The notes under the pieces are model-generated. The model had not been told where the DNA came from. It saw only the letters and a list, made by a program, of their open reading frames with translations, and made no database searches. Shown one piece after another: positions 24,265-36,794 of a stretch of 64,000 nucleotides of DNA (its first letter is position 1; each line of letters starts with the position of its first letter). Position numbers and translations under genes: made by a program. Source of the DNA: Eledone cirrhosa (lineage: Eukaryota); assembly GCA_964016885.1 (NCBI GenBank), contig OZ024741.1, positions 201,314,001-201,378,000 of the forward strand, written 5' to 3'.

Positions 24265-26030
24265 ATACTTTGGGAGGGTCATGTTGCCAATAAGAAACAC
24301 ACGCACCAGTTGCTTTCACTTCAATTTATTATAATCTATATATATAAAACTGTGGTTGTCTGTCTGTCTATCGATTTTTGGCACACATCTCCTCTTAGAA
24401 TCTCTCACGGAATTGCACCGAAATGGCTATACTTGTACATTGAGCCCTAGCGAAGACATCGGAAAAAAAATATTTCAAATTGACCCACCCTATGTGACGA
24501 AATCGAATCTAATGTATCGATTTTTGAGCGTAAGTGACGAGTTATTTCCCTTTGTTCTATATATATAAAGCTGTGGTTGTCTGTCTGTCTATCGATTTTT
24601 GGCACACATCTCCTCTTAGAATCTCTCACGGAATTGCACCGAAATTGCTATACTTGTACATTGAGCCCTAGCGAAGACATCGGAAAAAAAATATTTCAAA
24701 TTGACCCACCCTATTTGACGAAATCGAATCTAATGTATCGATTTTTGAGCGTAAGTGACGAGTTATTTCCCTTTGTTCTGTTTACATTGAGCGTCTTACG
24801 TTCTGTTTACATTTTCTGCGTGCAAAAATTAAAAAAATTACGCTGGCTTTCTCAGCGTTTAAAATTACATTAACACAATACACGAACAGTTGTCGAGCCA
24901 GCAAAATTTTGACCTGCAAAATTCATCAGTTCGAACACTAAGCTTCCGTTTTGCTTCATTTCCATTTAAAAGCTTTTTAAAACAATATTTTTACTTGAAA
25001 ACAAGTCTATTTAAAGACTACGTAAAACAAGCAAATATTTCGTAAAAAAAAGCAAAAATTATATAAGTTTATTTAAAATATATGTATCTGTAAATTTCGT
25101 TAGGCGTGCAGACAGACAGTCGTGCAGACAGACTTTAAGCCAAAAAAGAAACTTAACATTGTAACTTTAACACAGCTACTGAGCGACTCCGAGCAACGCC
25201 GGGCTTTACTGCTAGTAAATTTATAAATTTATAAATTTCTGGTTGGTTGGTTGGTTCCACAACCAGATAGTTGTTTATATATTGTCATAGTTCTTTCGTC
25301 ACACACTCTGTGACCTCTTCAGTGACTGGGGATTCCTTTCTTTGTTTCTGTGCCTCTCCTTTGTTCTGTCCTACGCCATTTTGTTTCTGTGTGTGTGTTG
25401 TGTGCTCAGTCTGCGCATGCGCCACATCCGGGTGTCTGTGTGTGTTTATGTTCATTTATTTATTTGTTTATTTACATGTTACTGGTTGGTTGTTTGTTCT
25501 ATGTGTGTGTGTGTTTTCATTTTGTCCTTAATTGTAAGTTGTGATGTTGCTGTTCCACTCATATTTTCTATTTAATTTTGGTTGTAATTCTTTTATGTTT
25601 ATTGCCTCTGTAATTTGTCTAAACATTGCGTCTTTTCTGTGTGTGGATTCTATTTTTATTTCTATGTTCTCTAATTTACCCTTGTGTTCTATTTTAGCAT
25701 GTTGGTAGAGTACAGATGATTCTTTACTATCTTGAAGGTCTCGCCAGTGTTCATTTATCCGTTCCCCTACACTACGAGCTGTCTCACCTATGTACACTAT
25801 ATTTTTGTCTCTACATTGTCCTTCAGTACATCTTATGCTATACACTACATTTCTAGTTTTACAGTTAATATGGGGGCTTATTTTACAGGTTATACATTTC
25901 TTATCTATACATGAGGGTCTTTGAAAAGGGTATGTCTTGCTAATAAGTGTTTTTTACGGAGGTACCTGGTCTTTCTACTATCTTAATATTGAGTTTATGT
26001 TTATTTAGGGCCCTTCTAAATTTGTAAGCT
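24265..26030 (-). mobile_element. Penelope-like element 3' part: GIY-YIG endonuclease plus terminal repeat, interrupted by a Helitron
   Basis: ORF 25528-25845 VYSIRC...VYIGETARSVGERINEH...EAINIK..PKLN. The downstream sequence equals 313-567. Confidence 0.85.
24335..25215 (+). mobile_element. Non-autonomous Helitron with tandemly duplicated 5' end (about 221-bp units at 24335 and 24556)
   Basis: It starts TC and ends CTAG, with a GC-rich CCGAGCAACGCCGGG subterminal motif. It is inserted between A and T with no TSD, and the host repeat resumes on the other side. Confidence 0.85.
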
Positions 26031-26474
26031 ATTTTATTTACATTATTCTCAAACTCCAGAGCTGGAAATCATTCGGTTATTCTAAATAGAATATTAGTCT
26101 AACGACACCATTTATAGCATTAATGTGTTTTTGTCTTAGCAAGAAATTATTATTCTCGCTCTATATAACGACGTAATTATCCTCGCTTTTTTCCGTTCAT
26201 TGCCAAGGAACGTCTTCACGAACCAAAGTATCGTCTTCCTGTTTTCCTTCGGTTGTAACTTTTTTTGAAATATTTACTTCTGCGTTCACAGATTGATTTT
26301 TTTACAGTTTCAGAATATCCCGTTAAGGATGAAAGCAGCGATTCTTTGCTTAAACTTTAATTGTTCTTATAATAAATAAATAAATATATATATATATATG
26401 TATATATATGCAACCGGTCCTGGCATTGTTAAATACGCCGTGTATTATTATATATATATATATATATATATATA

Positions 26475-26983
26475 AATGAAAATAGACCGAGAAACGGGAC
26501 TGACCATCATCAGTGATATGCTGACTATCATTGGTATTTCTTCGCATTAAAGACCAGATACCTCAAAATCAGTGCGAGCATGGTCACACACTCTCTCGGC
26601 TGGCCTCTTCCTCACACTTTCACTCACTCACTCTCTGCTACTCCCTCTCTCTCACTTCCTCCCGTCTGACCTGTGTGAAATCCCTTTCTCTCACTTTTCG
26701 CGTGGTTCGGACGTGTCTGCCTCTTCTCATCGATTGATTTGTTCGGACTTAAGTCCACAAGTATCATTGACTTGTCTCTCTTTTCCTCTCTTTACGTTGC
26801 ATTACTACTATGTTGTTTGTTTACTGTTCCTCTTTCCCCATCCAATTCGCTCTGTCCCAATAACTTATTTTAGTTATTGCTCGCACTGATTTTGAGATAT
26901 CTGGTCTTTAATGCGAAGAAATGCCAATGATAAACAACAGACCACTGATGATGGACAGTCCCGTTTCTCGGTCTATTTTCATT
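26475..26983. repeat. About 105-bp imperfect inverted repeat (26475-26580 / 26879-26983) around a CT-rich spacer
   Basis: aatgaaaatagaccgagaaacgggactg...aaaatcagtgcgagca against its reverse complement. Confidence 0.8.
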
Positions 26984-27159
26984 CATATGTATCACACTCG
27001 CAACAACGCAGCACGCCATCTTTTCATTTATATATATATATATATATATATAACAGATTAAAGTTTAAGCAAAGAATCGCTGTTATTTTAATAAATATTT
27101 GCTCTATGGTCTTATATATTTTTATACATATATTATCCTTATCGAGCCCTTTATCTAGT

Positions 27160-27480
27160 CCGCCATTTCCCTCAGAGAGGTTACCCCCCTCCCTTGTCCA
27201 CACCACCCTCGTCCGCGCCATCACCATCAGTTCACGACCTCGCCCCCTCACCTGCCACCCTACCCATACAACGGACTATCCTACGGCTCTTCCAGCACCC
27301 TCAGTCAGACCTCTCCACCTCCCCCGTCTTACCACTCCCACCTCTCCCTTCCTTCAAGCACGCACGCAACCTCCGGAACCTCCTCGTCCGCAGCTCCCTA
27401 CCACCTGCCCTCACATCACCAACACCACTACCTTCCAGAGGCCTAACGGCATGTCCGGCACTCTTTTCGCTGCACTTCCT
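27160..27480 (+). mobile_element. Penelope-like RT C-terminal relic
   Basis: HTTLVRAITISS and PPLPSFKHARNLRNLLVRSSL motifs. Confidence 0.55.
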
Positions 27481-27544
27481 CCAGCTTTGTCTACGGACTC
27501 CGCTGCTTGATTGCTTGCTTGCTCCGGTACCCTAGATTCACGAC

Positions 27545-28805
27545 CATTCTCTAGAAACTAACACCATGGAGAGAATCCAGGAGATAACTAATTCCATACA
27601 CCACAGCATCACAGTAACTATCGACTACCCTTCCAAACACCCTAACAATATATTACCAGTATTAGACACTGAACTCTGGTTACACACCATAGACGAGAAA
27701 ACCCAAATTCTCCACTCACATTATGCTAAACCCATGGCCTCAAAATACCTTATACACGTAAACTCAGCGATGTCCAATAGTGCTAAGTTTAATATTCTGA
27801 TCGCAGACTTGGTAATAGTGATGAAGGATGTGTTCCGTATGTGTGATCCAACTGAAAGACACGTACAGCAGTTCATCAATCGCATGCAGTTCTGTAGCTA
27901 CAACCAAAGAGACGGAATCAGGGTGTACAAAGGAGCCACGGAGAAATATAAGACCCTCATAGAGATGGAAATGAAAGAGATTTGCCCACTGTACAGGAGC
28001 AAATCATGGAATAGCATAGATAGAACTAAACATAAGATAGAGAAAGCTACTTCATGGTACGACAACCACATATACCAGAGTATCATGTTCATGGGGGCCA
28101 CCCCTGGAGGTGAATTAGCTAACCAATCTAGAAAGGCTCTAAGAAAGACCCATTTAAAGATTAAAGTGGTAGAAAAGCCAGGAACTACCATAAAATCCCT
28201 GATCAGCAAAACTTACCCCTTTTAGAAAACCCACTGTACGAATTAAGAAATGTCTTATGTGTAGAATAAATCCACAAATAAATTGTAAAACTAGAAATGT
28301 AGTCTATAGCATAAGATGTACAGAGGGTACTTGCAGAAACATAACAACACACAAAGGTGAGGAAGCTCGGAGCATAGGGAAGAGAATAGATGAACACTTG
28401 AGTGAACTAAAAGGACAAAAAGACAATTCAGTACTATATGAACACGCCAGACTAAGACATGAGGGTAATATAGACAACATAGAAATTAAAATAATATCTA
28501 AACATAGGAGTGACTCCACAATTAGACAAATTAGGGAGGCTACAGAAATAGAATTAAGAAAACCGAAGTTGAACAGAAAAAAAATGAATGGAATAACAAC
28601 AACAACAACAATACACAAACACACAATGGTGTTCTAAGATAAATATAAATAAATATACACAGATACAATAATAACAACCATACCTAAACACACACTAGTG
28701 ACCAAAGATAGTATAGAAACACACACAGACTCAGACACGAACACACGAACAAACACCAAACAGAAAACACGCACACAAACGCATGCGCAAAGAGAGACAA
28801 GAACA
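27545..28805 (+). mobile_element. Penelope-like element: RT C-terminus plus GIY-YIG, frameshifted
   Basis: ITVTIDYPSKH...LPVLDTELW...YAKPMAS, TPGGELA and CKTRNVVYSIRC...GE.ARSIGKRIDEH. Confidence 0.85.
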
Positions 28806-28807
28806 AA

Positions 28808-28867
<60 letters not shown>

Positions 28868-29389
28868 AGAATGAGTAAACATTACAATACAACGTGAGGA
28901 AACATAATAGTATCATTGATGATGTCACAGGTGGGTGACATATATATTATGCATTGTTGCATAATATATGCGGACAGAGGGTGCAGTGCACTCTGCTGCG
29001 GCATTATGTGTGGCAGAACTCGAGTTCAGGAATTACTATAGGAACTCGTTTACGTGTGTTGTATTGAAGTGAATAACTTTGTGTATACTCTGGGAGTGTA
29101 TTTTACATTACCTATTGAGTACGCTGAGATGCAACCAGTCCTAGCATTGACCTATGCTGGGTCTGTCAACTTATATATATGAGTTTTGTAGCTTCCTTGA
29201 AGCATTGTCGAATAGGAAACACAAATTTAAATTTTGAAAATCAAACAATGCATTATGAAGAATGTTAAATTGCCAAGATAACAAAAGAATCTTACCTTAG
29301 CAAATTTAACGATCCCAAATATTTTCGGGTCTAAAAACACATTATCAAGGGAGTAACCCTAAAAGAGACTCTCTGATTTCCGAGATACG

Positions 29390-30200
29390 CACTCTATCGA
29401 GTGATATTACTTCAAAGGCCTTTCAGAGGAACCCCTTTTCGGCCGCTTGTATTCGTGATCGTATTCTTTCGGTCATTACCCAAGACTGATGACCATAGGT
29501 ATGGGTTGGCACGAAAATCAAATTGAAGACAGCTAGTTTGACCTTTATGCCTACCCCTTTCTTCTGATTACTGAATGCTGGCCCATTACTGCACCAGATT
29601 TTGCAATTCTTGCGCTTAATTCAGCCTCCTGCCTTCCATCACTCGTGAACACAGTCCCAAGATACTTGAACCTCTCCACCTGCTTCAGAGGAAATCCATT
29701 CACATGTAGAGTGCACTACACAAGCTTCCTTGAGAGGACGAGTGTCTCAGTTTTCGCAGGACTGATTTTCATTCCAGCCATGCAGCACTCGACATTAAAC
29801 CTATCAAGTGCAAGTTGAAGGACCTCTTCTGTCTAGTTGAATAACACTATGTCGTCTGCAAATTCCAGTTGATTGATTTTACACCCGCCAGTCATGATAC
29901 CACTTCCAACCCAGCTGCACATATCAATCCTCTTTATGTTTATAATGAACAGGAGAGGTGGCAGTACACCATCTTGGAGGAGTCCGACTACTACATTGAA
30001 TGGTTTTGATTCAGCACCATTTATCAGAACACAAATACTCGGCCATTCGTATGGAGACATAAGGGCAGCCAGAAGCTGACCATCACTCCCATACCCTTCC
30101 AAAACCTCCACAGCAGGTCCTTGGGAATGTGGTCATATGTCTTCTCGTGGTCGACAAAATAAGAAAATACATCTTGGCAATACTCCGACGATTGGTCGAC
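29390..30200 (-). mobile_element. RTE-like LINE RT fragment
   Basis: FVDHEKTYDHIP, GLLQDGVLPPLLF, LEFADDIVL and VERFKYLGT. Confidence 0.75.
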
Positions 30201-30286
30201 CGTGTCACATTTAAGCTTATATATATATATATAGTGAAATAAAATAATAAGGACGATTGGTTACTCCTTCATTACGTTTATTGGTT

Positions 30287-30371
30287 GGTGATGCGCGTTT
30301 CGCCACTGATCAGCTCAAGGTTCGTCCTGTACCAATCTGACCCGACTCTGTAATCCACGGCTCGTCAGACC
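30287..30371 (-). ncRNA. Type I hammerhead motif, extended stem II
   Basis: Minus strand: ggt-CTGACGA-gcc...(about 55 nt)...ggc-GAAA-cgcgca-TC-acc. Confidence 0.65.
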
Positions 30372-30461
30372 CCTTTTAATGGTAATGGAAAAATGTATAT
30401 ATATATATATATATATATACAAAGTGTTAAAACGATCAAATTTTAGTTTAGAACATTTATT

Positions 30462-30508
30462 TGCTGACAATTGTTTCTTCCAGAGGGAAGTCTGAAATCA
30501 TCGGAGCA
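30462..30508 (-). ncRNA. Type I hammerhead motif (core CCGATGA variant)
   Basis: Minus strand: tgct-CCGATGA-tttcaga cttccc tctggaa-GAAA-caattg-TC-agca. Confidence 0.6.
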
Positions 30509-31340
30509 TAGGAAATGTTGAAACATGTTACTAAAATCCTAGTCATTCAGAACATTTAGGGTACATAATTGTTTTTAGTGTCAAAGGCATCATGTGGAGA
30601 GTCAGGAGTTAAAAAGATGTTCTGCTTGAGAGAACACAATTACAGGCAACACTGGTTGTATCTCGGCTCTGTAAAACACTTCAAAATTTTGCATTGAGCC
30701 TTTTGTCATACCGGTAACCGGCTAGTACCTAGTACTACCCTCCATATTTATAGTTGTATCAAACATATATAAATTTACTCTGTTTTTAAACAGATTAAAT
30801 AAAGATGGCGTAAATATACAATACAACAGGAGGAACATAATAGCACGACTGACGATGTTGCAGATGTGCAACGAAAGAACTTTGTTAGACTATATATATG
30901 TGTTTGTGTCTATATTATATCTGTATTTTTTTACCGTTGGTCAGTCAATGGTAAACATTGAGGACCGAATAAATTAACTTATATAAAAGATACAGAAGCG
31001 AAAACCAACCAAACAGTGAGTGTGTTCTGTTATTAATTCTGGCAATATTATTACAACAATATGAACCTCCCCAAGTATAACAATATTTGTTTCGACACAC
31101 GATTTCATATCAAAAACCTCGCAAGACAAATTTATATATATATATATATAACCTGATTGGTTTTTTTCGTTGCTTTGGTACTATATGGCTAAGCTTACCT
31201 GCCGCAATTTTCAATTTGTCAAGCTGTCTAATGTATGTTATTATTCTAAGGTGACACAACCTTATCGAGTACTTTGCTGCACATTCCTAATTGTATATCG
31301 TTAGCTTGGCCACAGCCAAAACTTCGATTTTAGTAAACTT

Positions 31341-31402
<62 letters not shown>

Positions 31403-31566
31403 TTGGAAACTCTGCTTCAAAGAATCGAGACGTATCTGAGGACCTTGCGATTTCAGAGTCAGGTTCGATCATTGCATCGATCGTGCCTCGAGCTGGTCGC
31501 CAGAGAAACGATTGTAATATGTCTAATAAATTTTATTCGCCGCACCACTGATTCTCCGTTTCTTAT

Positions 31567-31620
<54 letters not shown>

Positions 31621-31751
31621 AAAATATGGGTTAGGAAGGCGAGGCTGTGTGGTTACTGATTACGAGTGTTAGAAGGGAAACTTTTCATCTCTTGTTTGTG
31701 TCCCCTTACCTTCTAACACTTTATATATATATATGTGTGTGTGTGTGTATG

Positions 31752-31783
<32 letters not shown>

Positions 31784-31790
31784 TATGTGA

Positions 31791-31836
<46 letters not shown>

Positions 31837-31838
31837 GA

Positions 31839-32052
31839 TCGATCGACTTTCGTCAAATCGGACCGAGGAAACAATGTTTTCGTCGGTCTTTCCAGTTGCT
31901 AGTACTCTCTATCGGTCGCAACTCCAGGTAGAAGGAGCAACGTGAAATAAAGTGTCTTGCTCAAGGACATAACGCATCGCCCGGTCCAGGAATCGAACTC
32001 ACAATCTCAAGAGTGTGAGTTCGACTCTCTAACCACTCAGCCACACGCCTTC
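31839..32052 (-). mobile_element. tRNA-derived SINE, family B
   Basis: Minus strand: A box TGGCTGAGTGG, B box GAGTTCGATTCC and body GTCCTTGAGCAAGACACTTTATTTCAC. Other copies at 61513-61727 and 38878-38945. Confidence 0.85.
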
Positions 32053-32269
32053 ACTATATATATATATTGATTCATATATTGATAGGTCTCGGTCTTTTAG
32101 ATCGAATACTGATTTTGCCCTCTGAATCAATTTTAAACAAATAGATATTTTTTCACAAATTTTGGTTGTTTATTCTCCTACTATAATTATATATATATTG
32201 ATTCTGCATTTGCATGAGGTAAAGTTTGTCTTTATCTTTGTCTTCTTCTAACGATTATAGGATGATATA

Positions 32270-32430
32270 TGTTTATCGGTGATTTCAGGTTGAAATTTCA
32301 TTCTATATTGAAACAATCCGAAGGCGGTCTGATCGAACCTATATATGAAGTCTGATAGTATACAGTATATAATTGCTATAGATCAGTCAATATGTCAATA
32401 TTTTCAACCTTCCGAAACGATCGTAAAACA
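32270..32430 (+). ncRNA. Degenerate hammerhead motif with long stem II
   Basis: tgttt..CGGTGA..aggttgaaa-(long)-tttcaacct..GAAA-cgatcg-TA-aaaca. The 5' core is mutated. The same 3' half recurs at about 35661-35680. Confidence 0.4.
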
Positions 32431-32647
32431 ATGATATGAATAGGTAAAATAACTTGACTTTGTTGTTATTATTTTCATTGTTAAATTAAAATCTAATATC
32501 AAACTCTGTATCTAAAGAATTAACTCGGCGGGACACGGAACTTTCTATGGATTTCACTGGATTACTCGCTATCAGATTACATTGAGTTCTATCTGCGGTA
32601 CGGACCCTACCACGAAGGGTAGACTACATTGAAAATTATATATATAT

Positions 32648-32752
32648 AATTGTTTCTACTTTTGGCACAAGGCCAGCATTACCCAGTACATTACTGATAC
32701 TTTATTTTATCGACGCCGTAAGGATGAAGAAAGGCAAAGTTGACCTCGGCGG
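32648..32752 (-). mobile_element. SINE family A, 3' half
   Basis: Reverse-complement match. Confidence 0.85.
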
Positions 32753-32835
32753 TCTCTACACCTCGACACGGAAGTGAACCTAAACATCGTGTGCTCACCC
32801 GGGTGAACCTACAGTAACTCCAAGTTACACTCCCT

Positions 32836-32891
<56 letters not shown>

Positions 32892-33005
32892 TTTCAATCA
32901 CATATATTTTTATTTGTTTGACCCGAATTACTTGGTCGTTTTTATGGTTGTGCGGATGATTGTTTAACCATCGTCTCAGTGTGTTTGGCCTTTAACGTAT
33001 GTTGT

Positions 33006-33104
33006 AGCTCTGGTTCATTTGAATCATTGAGCTCTGGTTCATTTGAATCATTGAGCTCTGGTTCATTTGAATCATTGAGCTCTGGTTCATTTGAATCATT
33101 GAGC
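33006..33104. repeat. 24-bp minisatellite x4 (AGCTCTGGTTCATTTGAATCATTG)
   Basis: Perfect tandem units. Confidence 0.95.
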
Positions 33105-33141
33105 GCTTGCCACACATCTCGGAAGTTGATTCTCGCTAATT

Positions 33142-33173
<32 letters not shown>

Positions 33174-33208
33174 TGTGAGAAAAACCACAGACCCTCCATC
33201 TCAACTCA

Positions 33209-33246
33209 CCTTTTGAAAAGCAGAAGAACTGCGAAACCGGTAAAGG
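33209..33246 (+). ncRNA. Degenerate minimal hammerhead motif
   Basis: cctt-TTGAAAA-gcag aagaa ctgc-GAAA-ccgg-TA-aagg. The stems are intact and the core has two changes. Confidence 0.45.
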
Positions 33247-33315
33247 AACCAAATAAATATATATATTTTTTTTTAAAATAAGACTCCAGTTGCATTTTCG
33301 ATTTCACCTCTTTTT

Positions 33316-33377
<62 letters not shown>

Positions 33378-34349
33378 ATACACACACACGTACACGTGTG
33401 TCCACTTGTCAAATTATCATTTTGTTTCAATTTATATATAGTACTACATATTTCTATCTATTCGCCTGTCTGTCTATCTGCCTATTTATCTGTCTATCTG
33501 TTCCCTGTGGCAAATAAAGAAAGATATCTGTTTATCTGAACCAGCTAGCTACCTTTTTATCCGTTTGTCTATCTATCTACCTATCTGTCTATGTATTTGT
33601 TTCACTGTTTCTTTTCTATCAGCCTAACAATCAATATGCCTATCTTCGTTCTTTCTAACTATCCAAAATTCATACATATGTCTCTCAAACCCCCCCCCCC
33701 CCAAAAAAAAAAGAAACGAAGACTTTTTTTTAAAATTATGTTTCCATTTACTTTTCTATGAAGTAACATTTTCTATAAAATAACAGTTTCTATAAATTAA
33801 AGATGTTTTTTTTTGTGTTTCTATAACATAGGGAAAATATTTGCTTGTTTCCATAATGTAAAAGTGTTTTTATAACACAGTGTAATTTTTTTTCCTACCA
33901 TCCTCTGGTTTGCGTTTATAATTCATTCGTTTCTATAATGTTAGGATAATATTTATATAGCGAATCGGCGGCCTTTCTAAGAATTCCCCTAATATTTATT
34001 TCAGTGTTGTTGCTATCAGAATAATCACACACCAGTTTTATACAGCCTTTCATAAGTGTCATCACACACACACATACACACAAAGACCAGACTTTTTGAA
34101 TTTTATCTGCCGATATTTATTAACAGTTCTCTCTATGTATAAATAAGTATATCCTTTAGAACAAACCTTAACCTGTTTGAAAAAAAAGCGAAATAAACCT
34201 AAAATTGCATACTATTTTGATATATTTATGAATATACAACAAAGAGATGGCATGGAAATACTTCGTCATAGGTTTGATCCGTGAAAACTAACTTGAAGTT
34301 AAACAAATAGCAACCTCATCTAGCGTATTAAATACGAGCCTGTTTTAAT

Positions 34350-35340
34350 ATCTTAGTATAGTATAACTAATTAAGAAAAAGACCAATAAAATGATCTCAT
34401 GGTATGATAGCAATAAATACCAGAGTGTAATGTTCGTCAATGCAAACCCCCAGAAGCGAACTAGCTTACAGATTTTGAAGGGCTCTAGACAAAAAAAAAT
34501 TAAATATTAAGATAGTTGAAAGACCAGTTATTCCCACAAAACCCCTAATTAGTAGAACATATCCGTTTCAAAAACACCCTTGCACTGATAGGAAATGTAT
34601 AGTTTGCAAATTAAGCCCGCAAATTAACTGCAAAACTAGAAATGTAGTATATAGCATAAGATGTACTGAGGGACAGTGTAGGAATAAGAACACAACTTAC
34701 ATAGGTGAGACAGCCCATAGCCTAGGAAAAGGGATAAGTGAACACTGGTGAGAATTCCAAGATGAGAAAAACTCATCAGTACTCCACCAACATGCCAAAA
34801 TCGAACATAGGGGCACACTAGAGAACATAGCGATAAAAATGATATCCACACACAGAAAAGATGCAATGCTCCGACGAATTATATAAGCGACAAACATTAA
34901 CGAACTCCAACCAAAATTAAACAGAAAACATGATTGGAAGAGCAGCAACATCACAACTAATAATTAAGGACAAAATAAAGACATAGACACACATAAGAAC
35001 CAAACTAATAAAACAAATCAGACACACAGAGATAGAACAAGCAACAATTAGTGACAAGTACATAAACACATAAATGAATAAAACACACATGGATGTAACG
35101 CATGCGCGAACCAAGTACACAACACACAAAAACAAGATGGTGAAGGACAGAACCAAGAAGAGACACGAAATAAGAAATCAGTCACTAAGGAGATCACAAA
35201 ATGTGTGACAAAAGAGCTTTGAGAATATACAAATAGCCATCCGGTTATTGAACCAACCAACCAGAAATTCATAATAAATTGAAGTGAAAAGCAACAGGTG
35301 CGTGTGCTTTTATTGGCAGCATGACCCACCAAATTATAAA
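34350..35340 (+). mobile_element. Penelope-like element 3' part (GIY-YIG plus terminal repeat), same family as 24265-26030
   Basis: CKTRNVVYSIRCTEG..YIGETA..EH at 34630-34950. The downstream sequence is the reverse complement of the 313-567 type. Confidence 0.8.
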
Positions 35341-36024
35341 TATATATATATATAATAATCCACCTGATTGTGGTGGGGCTGATAATATTGTTAGAACTCA
35401 ATGTGTCCTTGGAAAGATGGAAGCTACGAGATTCGGCAGTGTGACCATTAGATTTTGAGGTAGGTGATCACCACTGAAGGTATCCTCAAAGAAAATCCGT
35501 CCAGGTTACATTGTCATATACATATATGTGTTTGGGCATAGATAGAATAATAAAAAAAAAGGCAGCTGATTGAACAGGGATTTCGAGGCTAGAAATAGAT
35601 AGTTACTTAACTACTACCATGCTAGTTGATACATTGATCTTCACCAATCAATCGACCCTCTGAAACGATCGTAAAACAATGAACTATCTACCTATGCCTG
35701 AATGCCATGTGCGTTTTTTTTTTTCTCTCTCTTAAAACACGCGTTTCATTTAGTCTTCAAAGAATTTTAGCAGTGAAGAGAGTACTAATTCTATACATCT
35801 ACTGAAGAGCAATCGGATTAGTAACTCACTCCACTTTGTTGCAAAACAGTTTTACCAAAGGCTGTGTGGATTCAGTTTATATTGCTTAATTCATCCCTTT
35901 AATTGAGTCTGACAAACCGTATTGTTCATAGTTAGTATCTTATTCACCCTAGCGGTTTAGGTCCCTTATGATTTGAATGCATATATGTATATATCTGTGT
36001 TTGTCTCTCTTTATTATATTAAAT

Positions 36025-36099
<75 letters not shown>

Positions 36100-36100
36100 C

Positions 36101-36272
36101 CATGGGAGCCCCTACATGGACACACTAGAAGAGGAAGACCAAGGTTAACATATGTTGATGCCCTAAGGACAGACACTGGTCTGTTGGAGATGCAGGATAT
36201 GGCAGCGATAATGAGGGACAGAGACCGCTGGAGAGAACTCGTCCATGGATCTCGGGAATTTTACCCGCCTTA
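36101..36272 (+). mobile_element. RTE-like LINE 3' end
   Basis: [33 protein letters not shown] near-identical inverted copy lies at 39197-39367. Confidence 0.75.
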
Positions 36273-36794
36273 GATAGATGTGTGTGTGTGTGTGTGTGCG
36301 TGTAAAAGGTAAGACCAGACAAATCCAGTTGATTCTCCTTTGGAGAATGCTTTCTGCAGTTGACAATAGATAGATAGGAATACATAAAGACAGAAAGAGT
36401 AATACATAGACAGGTACAAATCAATGCGTGTGTGTTGTAGAAGCTAAGGTTTTATTATGCTGTCATTTCTAGCAAAACCAATTACCGCAGTGTTGATAGA
36501 GAGATAGAGAGATAAATAGATAGATAGGAACACATAGAGACAGAAAGAGTAATACATAAATAGATACAACTCAATCTGTGTGTGTGTTCGGGAATGAAAG
36601 TGTTCTTTATATATTAGAAGAAGAAAGCAAAACATGTATAGAAATGTGTTATTCTAAATTCCATTTATTCTTCAATTGAGGGATATGATGAAATCAGTTC
36701 TGAATTCATAATACAAAAATTAATAAAAAATGAAAATACAAAATTTATCACTTTTATGAGGGGAGATAAATTCTATCACATATTTTGAAGGAAA

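Noticed and set aside
28923-29170. Possible solo LTR starting TGTCAC
   Set aside because: No matching CA terminus, TSD or second copy was seen.
33006-33104. 24-bp direct repeats as a possible CRISPR array
   Set aside because: The units are contiguous with no spacers, there are no cas genes and the context is eukaryotic. It is a minisatellite.
35795-35860. CTGAAGA-gcaa...ttgc-AAAA as another hammerhead
   Set aside because: GAAA is mutated and there is no stem I pairing, so it is too degenerate to call.
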